Shown here: in pieces, positions 9,386 through 18,382 of the stretch
How positions within the stretch are numbered: the first letter of the stretch is position 1
Layout: each line of letters begins with the position of its first letter
Assembly: GCF_014251775.1 (NCBI RefSeq)
Contig: NZ_CP059199.1
Coordinates: forward strand, 150,001 to 182,000
Reading direction: 5' to 3'
Length of the DNA: 32,000 nucleotides
DNA from: Candidatus Saccharimonadota bacterium
GTDB lineage: Bacteria; Bacteroidota; Bacteroidia; Flavobacteriales; Blattabacteriaceae
The notes under the pieces: model-generated
Seen by the model: only the letters and a program-made list of their open reading frames with translations
Database searches by the model: none
What the model was told of the DNA's origin: nothing
Made by a program: the position numbers and the translations under genes

Positions 9386-11974
9386 ATGTTAGAGTCAGGT
9401 ACGTTGAAAATATGCAATGCATCAGCCGGATCAGGAAAAACTTTTTTTTTAATTAAAAACTATTTATATATATTATTTAATAGTAATGATCCAAAAAAAT
9501 TTAAGACTAATTTAGTTTTAACTTTTAATAAAAAATCATGTGATGATATAAAAAATCATATTTTAGAATGCATTAAAGATTTTTCTAATCAAAAAATTAG
9601 AAATAAATATAATATTTTTTATAATTTTATTATAGATAATTGTCAGTTAACAAAAGATGAATTATATAAACGTTCTAAAAATATAGAAAAAGAAATTTTT
9701 TCTGATTTTTATACTTTTTCCAATAGTATTAGCACTATTGATAAATTTACTTATCGCATTATTCGATCTTTTTCTCCTAATTTATCTTTAGAGATGAATT
9801 CTCATAATTTTTTATCAAAAATCGTTGATAATATTATATATAAAATAAAAAATTCAAAAAAATATTACAGAAATTTTATTCAATTTTTTATAGAAGAAAT
9901 AAAACATGGAAAAAATTGGAATTTAAGAAAAGAAATATATAATATAGCTCTCATAATGATTAATGAAAATCATTTTTTTCATATGAAAAAAATGAAAAAC
10001 TTTTCTAAAGAAAATTTAATTCAACTAAAACATATTATAAGGAAAAGAACTAAAAAATTTGAAAATCTTTGTAAAGAACAAGGTAATAAATTTTTTAATT
10101 TTCTCGAAAAGAAATCAATTCCTAAAAATTGTTTTATCTACTCAGATATTCCAAATTTTTTTATAAAGTTTTTAATGGAAAATATTATTATAAATCCTTT
10201 TAAAAAAAGGATTGAAATAAATGTAAAAAATAAAAAAATTTTTTCTAAAAATTTTATAAAAGAAAATAAAAAAAAAACCATAAAATTAATAAGATATATT
10301 ATTTCTTTATATAAAGAAACAAAATATCTATATGAAAAAAATATCTCATCTTATATTTTAGATAAATTTTTTTTAAAAAGTATTAATCTATTATCCATAG
10401 TTGACGAAATAAATAAAGAATTTACTTTAATAAAAAGAGAAAATAATATCCTTTTAAAGGAAGAACTCAATCAAGTTCTTTATGAAAGAATTAATCATTC
10501 ATTACCTAAAATTTATGAAAAAATTGGTATACAATATAAATATTATTTTATAGATGAATTTCAAGATATATCATATATGCAATGGAAAAATATTGAAATA
10601 TTGATTGAAAACTCATTATCAGAAAATGGTTCAGCTATCGTAGTAGGAGATCCTAAACAATCTATTTATAGATGGAGAGGAGGAAATTCGCAACAATTTT
10701 TTCATTTAATTTATTCTTATAGCACTGCTTATAAAAAAAAATTAGAAATTTTAAAATATAATTTTCGTAGTTGTAAAGAAATTGTCAAATTCAATAATTC
10801 ATTTTATCCATTTATATCAAAAATATTTAAATGTTTAATTTATAAAAATTTATATAAAAATGCTAAACAAAAAATACATCATATAAATGATACGGGATAT
10901 GTAAGATTACAACTAATTAATGCAATTAATAGGAAAAAATATAGAGAAAATATATATAAAAATGTTATTATTCAAATAAAAAAACTTTTAGAAAAAAAAT
11001 ATTCTTTTTCAGATATAGCAATTCTAGTCAGAACAAATGAAGAAGGTAGTTATTTATCAGATAAATTAATTATGAACGGAATAAATGTAAATACATCTAT
11101 ATCTTTTTTGATAAAAAATTATTTTGAAATACAAATAATCATAAATTTTTTATATTTTTTAAAAAATCCTTTGGATCAAGAAAAAAGAGTTTCTTTAATT
11201 TTATTATTAATAAAAAGTAATATAATTAAAGTTACTAAAAATTATATACATAATTTTATTAAAAAAATTATCCATTTACCTATGGAATATTTTATTAAGG
11301 AAATTTTTTTTTCTTTGAAGAAAAAGAAAAAAAATGTAATAAATATATTTATAGAAAATAAATTATATAATAAATCTATATATGATATATCAGAATATAT
11401 TATTGATTTTTTTGATTTATTAAGTAAAAATAATTTAATATATATTTATACATTTTTAGATTTTGTTTACAGATTTACAAGAAAAATTGGAAATTCAATT
11501 ATAGATTTTTTAAAATATTGGGAAGATAATAAAGATAATATTATTATTAGTAATAATTTTAAAAAATCTATTCGAATTATGACTATTCATAAATCTAAAG
11601 GATTACAATTTCCTGTAGTAATTTTACCTTTTGTTGATTGGAATTTATATTTAAATAGTGAAAAAATAAAATGGATTGACATTAATCCAAAATTATATAT
11701 GGGAATAAATAGTTTATTTTTAGAAATAAAATCATATTATAAAAATATAAACAGTATACGAGAAATTTATGAAAAAATATTATCGAATACAATATTTGAT
11801 AATATTAATTTATTATATGTCGCTACTACTCGTCCTACTAAACAACTTATTATTTTATCTAAAATTGAAAAAAATCAATCATATATATCTTATTATATCA
11901 TAGAATTTTTAAAATATTATAATATGTGGAATTCAAAAAAATATAATTATTCTTTCCAAAAAAAGAATTATTAA
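9386..11974 (+). CDS. UvrD/Rep superfamily-1 DNA helicase, AddA/RecB-like layout, no nuclease domain
   Basis: 862 aa. SF1 motifs in order: Walker A ASAGSGKT (K18), motif II FIDEFQD (D390), motif III VVGDPKQSIYRWRGG, motif V MTIHKSKGLQFPVV, motif VI LLYVATTRPTKQL. Only about 45 aa follow motif VI. Confidence 0.8.
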   Translation: MLESGTLKICNASAGSGKTFFLIKNYLYILFNSNDPKKFKTNLVLTFNKKSCDDIKNHILECIKDFSNQKIRNKYNIFYNFIIDNCQLTKDELYKRSKNIEKEIFSDFYTFSNSISTIDKFTYRIIRSFSPNLSLEMNSHNFLSKIVDNIIYKIKNSKKYYRNFIQFFIEEIKHGKNWNLRKEIYNIALIMINENHFFHMKKMKNFSKENLIQLKHIIRKRTKKFENLCKEQGNKFFNFLEKKSIPKNCFIYSDIPNFFIKFLMENIIINPFKKRIEINVKNKKIFSKNFIKENKKKTIKLIRYIISLYKETKYLYEKNISSYILDKFFLKSINLLSIVDEINKEFTLIKRENNILLKEELNQVLYERINHSLPKIYEKIGIQYKYYFIDEFQDISYMQWKNIEILIENSLSENGSAIVVGDPKQSIYRWRGGNSQQFFHLIYSYSTAYKKKLEILKYNFRSCKEIVKFNNSFYPFISKIFKCLIYKNLYKNAKQKIHHINDTGYVRLQLINAINRKKYRENIYKNVIIQIKKLLEKKYSFSDIAILVRTNEEGSYLSDKLIMNGINVNTSISFLIKNYFEIQIIINFLYFLKNPLDQEKRVSLILLLIKSNIIKVTKNYIHNFIKKIIHLPMEYFIKEIFFSLKKKKKNVINIFIENKLYNKSIYDISEYIIDFFDLLSKNNLIYIYTFLDFVYRFTRKIGNSIIDFLKYWEDNKDNIIISNNFKKSIRIMTIHKSKGLQFPVVILPFVDWNLYLNSEKIKWIDINPKLYMGINSLFLEIKSYYKNINSIREIYEKILSNTIFDNINLLYVATTRPTKQLIILSKIEKNQSYISYYIIEFLKYYNMWNSKKYNYSFQKKNY

Positions 11975-11984
11975 ATGAAAATTT

Positions 11985-12833
11985 TTATTTTACGTGTTTA
12001 TCAGCGTGATAAGAAGATCTAACCAATGGGCCACTTTCTACATATAAAAATCCCATTTTTAATCCAATTTTTTTTAAATCTTGAAACATTTCTGGACTAA
12101 TAAATGTATATATAGGATAATGTTTAGAGGAAGGTTGTAAATATTGACCTATTGTTAATATATCTACCTTAGATTTCTTTATATCTATCATAGTATCGAT
12201 AATTTCTTCTTTTGTTTCACCTAACCCCAACATTATTCCTGTTTTTGTTCTTATTTTATGATTTTTTATTTTTATATATTCTAATACTTCAAGACTCCTA
12301 TTATATTTTGCTTGAACACGAACTTTTTTGGTTAACCTAAAAACTGTTTCTACATTATGAGAAATTATTTCTGGTTCAATATTAATAATTTCTTCTATTA
12401 TTTTTTTATCTCCTTTAAAATCAGGAATTAATGCCTCTATGGTAATAGAATTATTTAAATTTCTTATTTTTTTTATGGTTTCTACCCATATAGAAACCCC
12501 CATATCTTTTAAATCATCTCTATTTACAGAAGTTAAAACAACATGTTTAGTTTTTAATGTCATTATAGATTCTGCTATTTTCTTAGGTTCTTCCCTATCT
12601 AATTTTTTTGGTCTTCCTTTTTTTATTCCGCAAAATCTACAAGATCTTGTACATATATTTCCTAATATCATAAAAGTAGCTACTCCTTTTCCCCAACACT
12701 CCCCTATGTTTGGACAACTTGCGCTTTGACATACTGTATTTAAATCATTTAATTTTATAAGATTTTTTATTTTTTGATAATTTTTTCCTATAGGAAGTTT
12801 TACTCTTATCCATTTTGGTTTTTTATGATTCAT
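11985..12833 (-). CDS. lipA: Lipoyl synthase
   Basis: 282 aa. Auxiliary cluster motif CQSASCPNIGEC and radical-SAM motif CTRSCRFC. Also SVNRDDL and GIMLGLGE. Confidence 0.96.
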   Translation of the reverse strand: MNHKKPKWIRVKLPIGKNYQKIKNLIKLNDLNTVCQSASCPNIGECWGKGVATFMILGNICTRSCRFCGIKKGRPKKLDREEPKKIAESIMTLKTKHVVLTSVNRDDLKDMGVSIWVETIKKIRNLNNSITIEALIPDFKGDKKIIEEIINIEPEIISHNVETVFRLTKKVRVQAKYNRSLEVLEYIKIKNHKIRTKTGIMLGLGETKEEIIDTMIDIKKSKVDILTIGQYLQPSSKHYPIYTFISPEMFQDLKKIGLKMGFLYVESGPLVRSSYHADKHVK

Positions 12834-12840
12834 AATTTTG
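12833..12840 (+). promoter_or_regulatory. Candidate -7 box (TAATTTTG) upstream of the Nif3 / COG1579 / thioredoxin-like genes
   Basis: The plus strand reads TAATTTTG. There are 46 nt to the ATG at 12887. It lies in the divergent lipA/Nif3 spacer and its first base overlaps the lipA start codon. Confidence 0.28.
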
Positions 12841-12886
12841 AATATTTATATATGAAATTAAAAAATAAATTTTATTTTAAATTTTT

Positions 12887-13990
12887 ATGAAAATATTAAT
12901 AAAGGATCTAATTTATCAATTAGAAAATTTAGCTCCAATAGAATATGCAGAGCCATATGATAATGTGGGTTTAATAATAGGATCTTATAATCAAATAGTT
13001 ACAAATATATTAATTACGTTAGATTTAACGGAAAATGTTTTAATAGAATCAATAAAAAAAAATTGTAATTTTATAATAACTTTTCATCCTATTATTTTTA
13101 AGCCAAAAAAAAGTCTAATTATAGAAAATATTTATGATAAAATTATTATTCATGCATTAAAGAATGATATATCTATTTATGTTATTCATACAAATCTAGA
13201 TTCTATTTGGGAAGGTACTAATTCTTATATAAGTAAAATTTTAAAAATTAATAAAGAAAAAGTACTAATTCCAAAAAAAAATATTTTAAAGAAATTGTAT
13301 ACCTATGTTCCATTAGATTACGCTAAAAAATTAAGAAATTCTTTATTTGATGCTGGAGCGGGAAATATTTCTGATTATAGTCATTGTAGTTATAATATTA
13401 ATGGAATAGGAAGCTATATGGGAAACGAAAAAACTAAACCATTTCGTGGTAGTAAAAAAAAATTTCATATGGAAGAAGAAACATGTATTAGTGTAATTTT
13501 TCCATATTACAAATGGAATAAAATAAAAAAAGCACTTTTTAAAAATCATCCTTATGAAGAAATTGCTTATGAAGTACATAATATAGAAAATATTAATTTT
13601 AGAGTTGGAATAGGGATTATTGGAATTCTTGAAAAAGAAATGAATGAATATGATTTTCTATTTTTTTTAAAAAAAAAAATGAATTTATTGTTTATAAGAC
13701 ATTCTCAATTAAGAAAAAAAAATATAAAAAAAGTATCAATAATTACTGGATCTGGTAGTTTTGGAATAATTCCCGCTATGAAAGAAGGATCAGATGTTTT
13801 TATTTCTTCTGACATAAAATATCATGATTTTTTCAAATCAAATCAAGAAATGTTGATTGTAGATATAGGACATTATGAATCAGAAAAATTTGTAAAAAAA
13901 ATGTTAAAAACTTTTTTGGAAAAAAAATTTCCTTCTATTTTTGCTTATGAATCAAAAATTGATACTAATCCAGTTAAATATTTTTCATAA
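12887..13990 (+). CDS. Nif3-like dinuclear metal centre protein (long form with inserted PII-like domain)
   Basis: 367 aa. Motifs YDNVGLIIG, ITFHPIIF, IHTNLD, C-terminal GHYESE. The central ~100 aa insert matches the YqfO-type long form. Confidence 0.85.
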   Translation: MKILIKDLIYQLENLAPIEYAEPYDNVGLIIGSYNQIVTNILITLDLTENVLIESIKKNCNFIITFHPIIFKPKKSLIIENIYDKIIIHALKNDISIYVIHTNLDSIWEGTNSYISKILKINKEKVLIPKKNILKKLYTYVPLDYAKKLRNSLFDAGAGNISDYSHCSYNINGIGSYMGNEKTKPFRGSKKKFHMEEETCISVIFPYYKWNKIKKALFKNHPYEEIAYEVHNIENINFRVGIGIIGILEKEMNEYDFLFFLKKKMNLLFIRHSQLRKKNIKKVSIITGSGSFGIIPAMKEGSDVFISSDIKYHDFFKSNQEMLIVDIGHYESEKFVKKMLKTFLEKKFPSIFAYESKIDTNPVKYFS

Positions 13991-13993
13991 AAA

Positions 13994-14791
13994 ATGATTC
14001 GTGAAATAAAAAAAAGTAATAAAAATTCTATAGTAGAAAAATTGAAAATATTATATAATATTCAATTAATAGATACTAGAATAGATGAAATAAAAAAATT
14101 TAGAAATAATCTTCCAGAAGAAATAAAAAATATGAATAATGAATTATATAATATAAAAAATGATTTAAATAATCTTGAAAAAGAAATTTGTTCTATAAAA
14201 AATAACATAAATAAAAAAGAAGAAGATATTAAAAAATCTGAAAATTTAATTATAAAATATAAAAATCAAAGAAACAATGTAAAAAACAGCAAAGAATTAT
14301 ATTCAATTGATAAAGAAATTGATTATCAAAAATTAGAAATTCAATTATTGAAAAAAAAAATTAATGAATTAAATATTATAATGAAAAATAAAAAAAAATT
14401 AATAATTGATAAAGAAAATACATTAAATAATAAAAAAAAACATTCTTCTTATAAAGAAGAAGAATTTAACAATACTTTATCAAAAAATGATAAAGAGGAA
14501 AAAATTTTATATGAAAAATCATTAAAGCTTTCTAAAAAGTTAGATGAAAAATTATTAAAGTCTTATCAAAGAATAAGAGAAAAAGTAAAAAATGGAATCG
14601 CTGTAGCTCCAGTTGAACGAGGTGCTCCTTTAGGATCTTATTTAGCTATAACTCCTCAAAAATATTCTGAATTAATTCAAAGAAATAATATTTTAATAGA
14701 TGAACATAGTGGAAGAATATTAATAGATAATGAACTAGCTAAAGAAGAGAAAAAAAAATATCTTATTTATCAAAATAAAATAATAAAATAA
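13994..14791 (+). CDS. COG1579-type coiled-coil protein with a degenerate (Cys-less) C-terminal zinc-ribbon region
   Basis: 265 aa. The N-terminus (LYNIQLIDTRIDEIKKFRNNLPEEI) is typical of the family, followed by a long heptad-like Lys/Glu/Asn region. C-terminus is VERGAPLGSY...IDEHSGRILID. It sits immediately downstream of the Nif3 gene, a pairing known from other bacteria (e.g. Helicobacter HP0959/HP0958). Confidence 0.7.
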   Translation: MIREIKKSNKNSIVEKLKILYNIQLIDTRIDEIKKFRNNLPEEIKNMNNELYNIKNDLNNLEKEICSIKNNINKKEEDIKKSENLIIKYKNQRNNVKNSKELYSIDKEIDYQKLEIQLLKKKINELNIIMKNKKKLIIDKENTLNNKKKHSSYKEEEFNNTLSKNDKEEKILYEKSLKLSKKLDEKLLKSYQRIREKVKNGIAVAPVERGAPLGSYLAITPQKYSELIQRNNILIDEHSGRILIDNELAKEEKKKYLIYQNKIIK

Positions 14792-14806
14792 AAAATCTTA
14801 ATTATA

Positions 14807-15370
14807 ATGGTAGTTACTTATTCTTCAGATAATAAGAAAATTATTATGAAAAACTTCAAATTATTTGAGGTAAATTCGGGAGAGAAAAAAAATTTTTCAA
14901 ATTTTTTTTCTAGAAAAGCTAATGTAATAATGTTTATATGTAATCATTGTCCATATGTTAAACATATTAATCATAAAATTGTTAGTTTATCAAACTATTT
15001 TAGTTCTAAAGAAATATCTTTTTTAGCAATTAATCCAAACGATCCTGATCAATATCCTCAAGATTCTCCAAAAAATATGAAAAAAATATCCATTCAATTT
15101 GGATATACTTTTCCTTATTTTTTTGATGAAACTCAAGAAGTGGCAAAATATTATCAAGCAAAATGCACACCTGAATTTTTTATTTTTTCGGGAAATGGAA
15201 TATTAATATATAATGGACAATTTGACAATTCTAGACCAGATAATAATTTACCTATTACTGGAAACGATATAGTACATATATTAAAAATGATTTTATTTAA
15301 AAAACTAGATAAAACAAAATTACCAATCATAAAAAATAGTTATGGATGTAGTATTAAATGGAAAGTTTAA
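14807..15370 (+). CDS. Thioredoxin-fold protein (AhpC/TSA, peroxiredoxin-like family) with CxxC
   Basis: 187 aa. Motif VIMFICNHCPYVKH, then AINPND...YPQDSP and CTPEFFIF, as in PRX-like thioredoxin-family proteins. An alternative internal ATG at 14846 is possible. The 3' end overlaps the next gene by 17 bp. Confidence 0.75.
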   Translation: MVVTYSSDNKKIIMKNFKLFEVNSGEKKNFSNFFSRKANVIMFICNHCPYVKHINHKIVSLSNYFSSKEISFLAINPNDPDQYPQDSPKNMKKISIQFGYTFPYFFDETQEVAKYYQAKCTPEFFIFSGNGILIYNGQFDNSRPDNNLPITGNDIVHILKMILFKKLDKTKLPIIKNSYGCSIKWKV

Positions 15371-16358
15371 TTATATCATAGTAATTTTGTATTATAGTTA
15401 AAAAATATTGAATTGTTTCAGATAAACTTTTTTTTAATATTCCTCCTGATGCATTTTTATGTCCACCTCCCCCAAAATATTTTTTAGAAAATTTATTTAC
15501 ATCAAAATCGCCCTTTGAACGAAAAGAAATTTTAATAGGATATTCATCCTTTTCTTGAAAAAAGAATACAGATAAAATAACATTTTTGATCCCTAAACCA
15601 TAACCAACAATTCCATCAGAATCCCCCTGTTGATATGGATAAAAAATATCAGATGATTTTATACTAGTATAAGCAATATGATATTTTTTTATAACTTTTA
15701 ATCTATTTAATGCTATAGATAGCAATTTCAATTTATTTTCATTATATTTATCATTATATTTATTATAAATATTATGTAGATCTAAATTATTTTTCATTAA
15801 TTTCGATGCAATTAAATGAGTTTCTGAAGTTACAGAAGGAAACCGAAAACATCCTGTATCCATCATTATACCAATATATAAACATGTAGAAATTTTTTGA
15901 TCGATTTTGTCTAAATTATTCATATCTGATATTATTCTATATACTAATATACTTGTAGCTGGTACGGTTGAATCATGGATCATGACATCAAATTTAGTAG
16001 GATTAGGATGATGATCAATCAAAATTTTTTTAGATACAGAATTATAGAGTAATTCTTTTATAGCAGTACTTATCCTTGAATAATTATTAAAATCTATAAA
16101 AAAAATAAAATCTGATTTAAAAATAATTTTTTTTACTAAAAAATAATTTTTTTTATTACAAAAAATTATTTTTTCAGTTCCTGGGAGCCAGGATAAATTT
16201 TCTGAAAATTTTGTAGGAGATACTATATTTACATTGTATTTTAACTTAATAAAATAAAACATAAGTGCTAAAGATGATCCTAAAGCATCTCCATCTGGAT
16301 TATTATGAACTAATAATAGTAGATTCTTATTTTTTTGAATTTTTTTAAAAAATGACAT
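15354..16358 (-). CDS. nrnA: DHH/DHHA1 phosphoesterase (NrnA-like oligoribonuclease / pAp phosphatase)
   Basis: 334 aa. Motifs HNNPDGDALGS, LIDHHPN, MMDTGCFRF, and DHHA1 motif GGGGHKNASGG. Confidence 0.82.
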   Translation of the reverse strand: MSFFKKIQKNKNLLLLVHNNPDGDALGSSLALMFYFIKLKYNVNIVSPTKFSENLSWLPGTEKIIFCNKKNYFLVKKIIFKSDFIFFIDFNNYSRISTAIKELLYNSVSKKILIDHHPNPTKFDVMIHDSTVPATSILVYRIISDMNNLDKIDQKISTCLYIGIMMDTGCFRFPSVTSETHLIASKLMKNNLDLHNIYNKYNDKYNENKLKLLSIALNRLKVIKKYHIAYTSIKSSDIFYPYQQGDSDGIVGYGLGIKNVILSVFFFQEKDEYPIKISFRSKGDFDVNKFSKKYFGGGGHKNASGGILKKSLSETIQYFLTIIQNYYDIIKLSI

Positions 16359-16365
16359 AAAAAAC

Positions 16366-17799
16366 TTATTTTTTTTTTAATCCTAATTCTTTTCCCTTTT
16401 TTAACATAAAATAATAAGCTGAACTAAAATCATTAGATATTTTTCCTTCTAAAATAGAATTTTTAATATAATTTTTTATAATTCCTATTTTTTTACAAGG
16501 ATTAATATCAAATGCACTCATAATATCATTTCCGGATATTGGAGATTTCCAATTCATAATACAATCTTTATTCTCTATTTGTTTTATTCTCTTGATAAGA
16601 AAAGATATATTATTCTCATATTGTTTTTTTTTTTCTATACTACCAGTAGTAATATCAGATAAACTTAACTTTATTAAGTCTTCTATATCGTTTCCTAAAT
16701 CAAATAATAATCTCCGTATTGCAGAATCACTAATATTATTTCCTACTAATGAAATTGGTCTATAACTATTTTTGACCATTTTTTTTACATATTTTAAAAT
16801 ATTTCCTTTAGGTAATTTTAGTCTTTTGAAAATATTAGAAATCATTTGACTACCTACATATTCGTGTGAATGAAAAGTCCAACCTACTTTTGGAAAAAAT
16901 TTTTTTGTTTGAGTTTTTCCTATATCGTGTAATAATCCTACCCATTTTAACCATAAAGAATTACATTTTTCTCGACTTAAATTATCAACTACTTGCAAAG
17001 TATGATAAAAATTATCTTTATGTTTAAATCCATCTTTTTCTTCTATTCCTTCTAATACAGATAATTCTGGTAATATAATTGATAATAATCCAGATTTTTT
17101 CATTAATAGTAATCCAATAGATGGTTTACTAGATAATAATATTTTATTAAATTCTTCTATAATTCTTTCTTTAGGAAGAATATTAATTCTATTCTTATTT
17201 TTTTTTATAGATTGGAATGATTTTTTTTCAATAAAAAACTGAAGTTCAGTAGCAAATCTTATAGCCCGTAACATTCTCAGGGGATCATCTGAATAAGTAA
17301 TATCCGCATTTAATGGAGTCTTCAATATTTTATTTTTTAAATCTGATACCCCTCCAAAAGGATCTATTAATTCTCCATAATTATTACTATTTAAACTAAT
17401 AGCTAAAGTATTAATTGTAAAATCTCTTCTATTTTGATCATCCTGTAATGTCCCTAATTTTACAATTGGATTTCTACTATTTGGATTAGGATAGGACTCA
17501 ATTCTAGATCCAACAAATTCTATTGTTTGATTATCGTATTTAAGCATTGCAGTCCCATAACGTTTAAACATCCTTATAGGATGAAAAACTTTAGTATATT
17601 TATAAATATTTTTAGCCACTTCTTTAGCTAACCGTATTCCTTCTCCTATTGTTAGGATATCTAAATCGCATGACTTTATTTTTCTTAATAATAAGTCACG
17701 GACATATCCGCCTATTATATAACTATCTTGTTTTATTACTTTAGAAGAATGACTGACAATTTGAAATATATTTTTTCTAATAGCTTTTGATAAATTCAT
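16366..17799 (-). CDS. cca: tRNA nucleotidyltransferase (CCA-adding enzyme family) with HD domain
   Basis: Motifs GGYVRDLLL, DLDILT, RRDFTINTLA, DPLRMLRAIRF, and HD motif LLHDIGK. I prefer the ATG at 17799 (MNLSKAIRKN). The track's GTG at 17808 would overlap tsaC by 8 bp. Confidence 0.88.
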   Translation of the reverse strand: MNLSKAIRKNIFQIVSHSSKVIKQDSYIIGGYVRDLLLRKIKSCDLDILTIGEGIRLAKEVAKNIYKYTKVFHPIRMFKRYGTAMLKYDNQTIEFVGSRIESYPNPNSRNPIVKLGTLQDDQNRRDFTINTLAISLNSNNYGELIDPFGGVSDLKNKILKTPLNADITYSDDPLRMLRAIRFATELQFFIEKKSFQSIKKNKNRINILPKERIIEEFNKILLSSKPSIGLLLMKKSGLLSIILPELSVLEGIEEKDGFKHKDNFYHTLQVVDNLSREKCNSLWLKWVGLLHDIGKTQTKKFFPKVGWTFHSHEYVGSQMISNIFKRLKLPKGNILKYVKKMVKNSYRPISLVGNNISDSAIRRLLFDLGNDIEDLIKLSLSDITTGSIEKKKQYENNISFLIKRIKQIENKDCIMNWKSPISGNDIMSAFDINPCKKIGIIKNYIKNSILEGKISNDFSSAYYFMLKKGKELGLKKK

Positions 17800-17800
17800 A

Positions 17801-18379
17801 TTATACACGTAATATGTTAAAATTATTTGAATTAATCTCTATAATTTTTGATCCATTGTAAATAGATTTTTCATTTCTTCTTAAATTTACTGCATAATCT
17901 ATACTATTTAAAATAATCGGATTAATTTCTTTAAATTTCATAGGAGTTTTTCCTCCTGAAAAATTAGCAGAAGTAGAAACAATAGGTCTATTTAATTCTT
18001 TAATTAAACAATTGCAAAATGAATCGTGAGTTAAACGGATTGCTAATTTATTTTTATTATGAATAAATTTAATTAAATTATTTTTAATATTGTTATAAAC
18101 TATTGTAATTGGTTTTTGTTGATTAATAAAATTATCTAATATTATTTTTTTAGTAAAATCAGTAATATTTCCAACTAAATTTCGTAAACGATTAATATTG
18201 TCTACCAAAATAATCATAGATTTTATGTGATTTCGTTTCTTTATTTCATATATTTTTTTTATAGCATTTATGTTAAAAGCATCGCATCCCAACCCCCATA
18301 CAGTATCTGTTGGATATAACAAAATTTTTCCTTTTTTTAATATTTTTAAACTTTTTTCTATTTCCTTAGAAAAAGACAT
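17801..18379 (-). CDS. tsaC: L-threonylcarbamoyladenylate synthase (YrdC/TsaC type)
   Basis: 192 aa. Motifs LYPTDTVWGLGCDA, IKKRNHIKSMIILV, STSANFSG. Confidence 0.9.
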   Translation of the reverse strand: MSFSKEIEKSLKILKKGKILLYPTDTVWGLGCDAFNINAIKKIYEIKKRNHIKSMIILVDNINRLRNLVGNITDFTKKIILDNFINQQKPITIVYNNIKNNLIKFIHNKNKLAIRLTHDSFCNCLIKELNRPIVSTSANFSGGKTPMKFKEINPIILNSIDYAVNLRRNEKSIYNGSKIIEINSNNFNILRV

Positions 18380-18382
18380 AAT

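Noticed and set aside
12439-12729. 96-aa plus-strand ORF inside lipA
   Set aside because: It is entirely antisense to the well-conserved lipA frame. It has low-complexity Phe/Ile/Leu composition and no recognisable motif. This is a typical shadow ORF in AT-rich DNA, where stop codons are depleted opposite a coding frame.
14807-14845. The first 13 codons of the thioredoxin-like gene being non-coding, with the true start at the ATG at 14846
   Set aside because: Homologues of this PRX-like family usually have a comparable N-terminal lead before the CxxC strand, so I kept the longer ORF. This is not resolved by the sequence alone.
16119-16158. Near-tandem 20-bp repeat (aaaaataattttttttac twice) inside the nrnA-like gene
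   Set aside because: It is low-complexity A/T sequence. The period is not a multiple of three, it gives no repeated peptide, and there are only two imperfect copies. This is consistent with chance or local slippage.
17800-17808. GTG start for cca giving an 8-bp overlap with the tsaC 3' end
   Set aside because: An ATG three codons downstream (17799) gives a plausible N-terminus and removes the overlap. The evidence is weak either way, so the 5' end remains uncertain by 9 nt.
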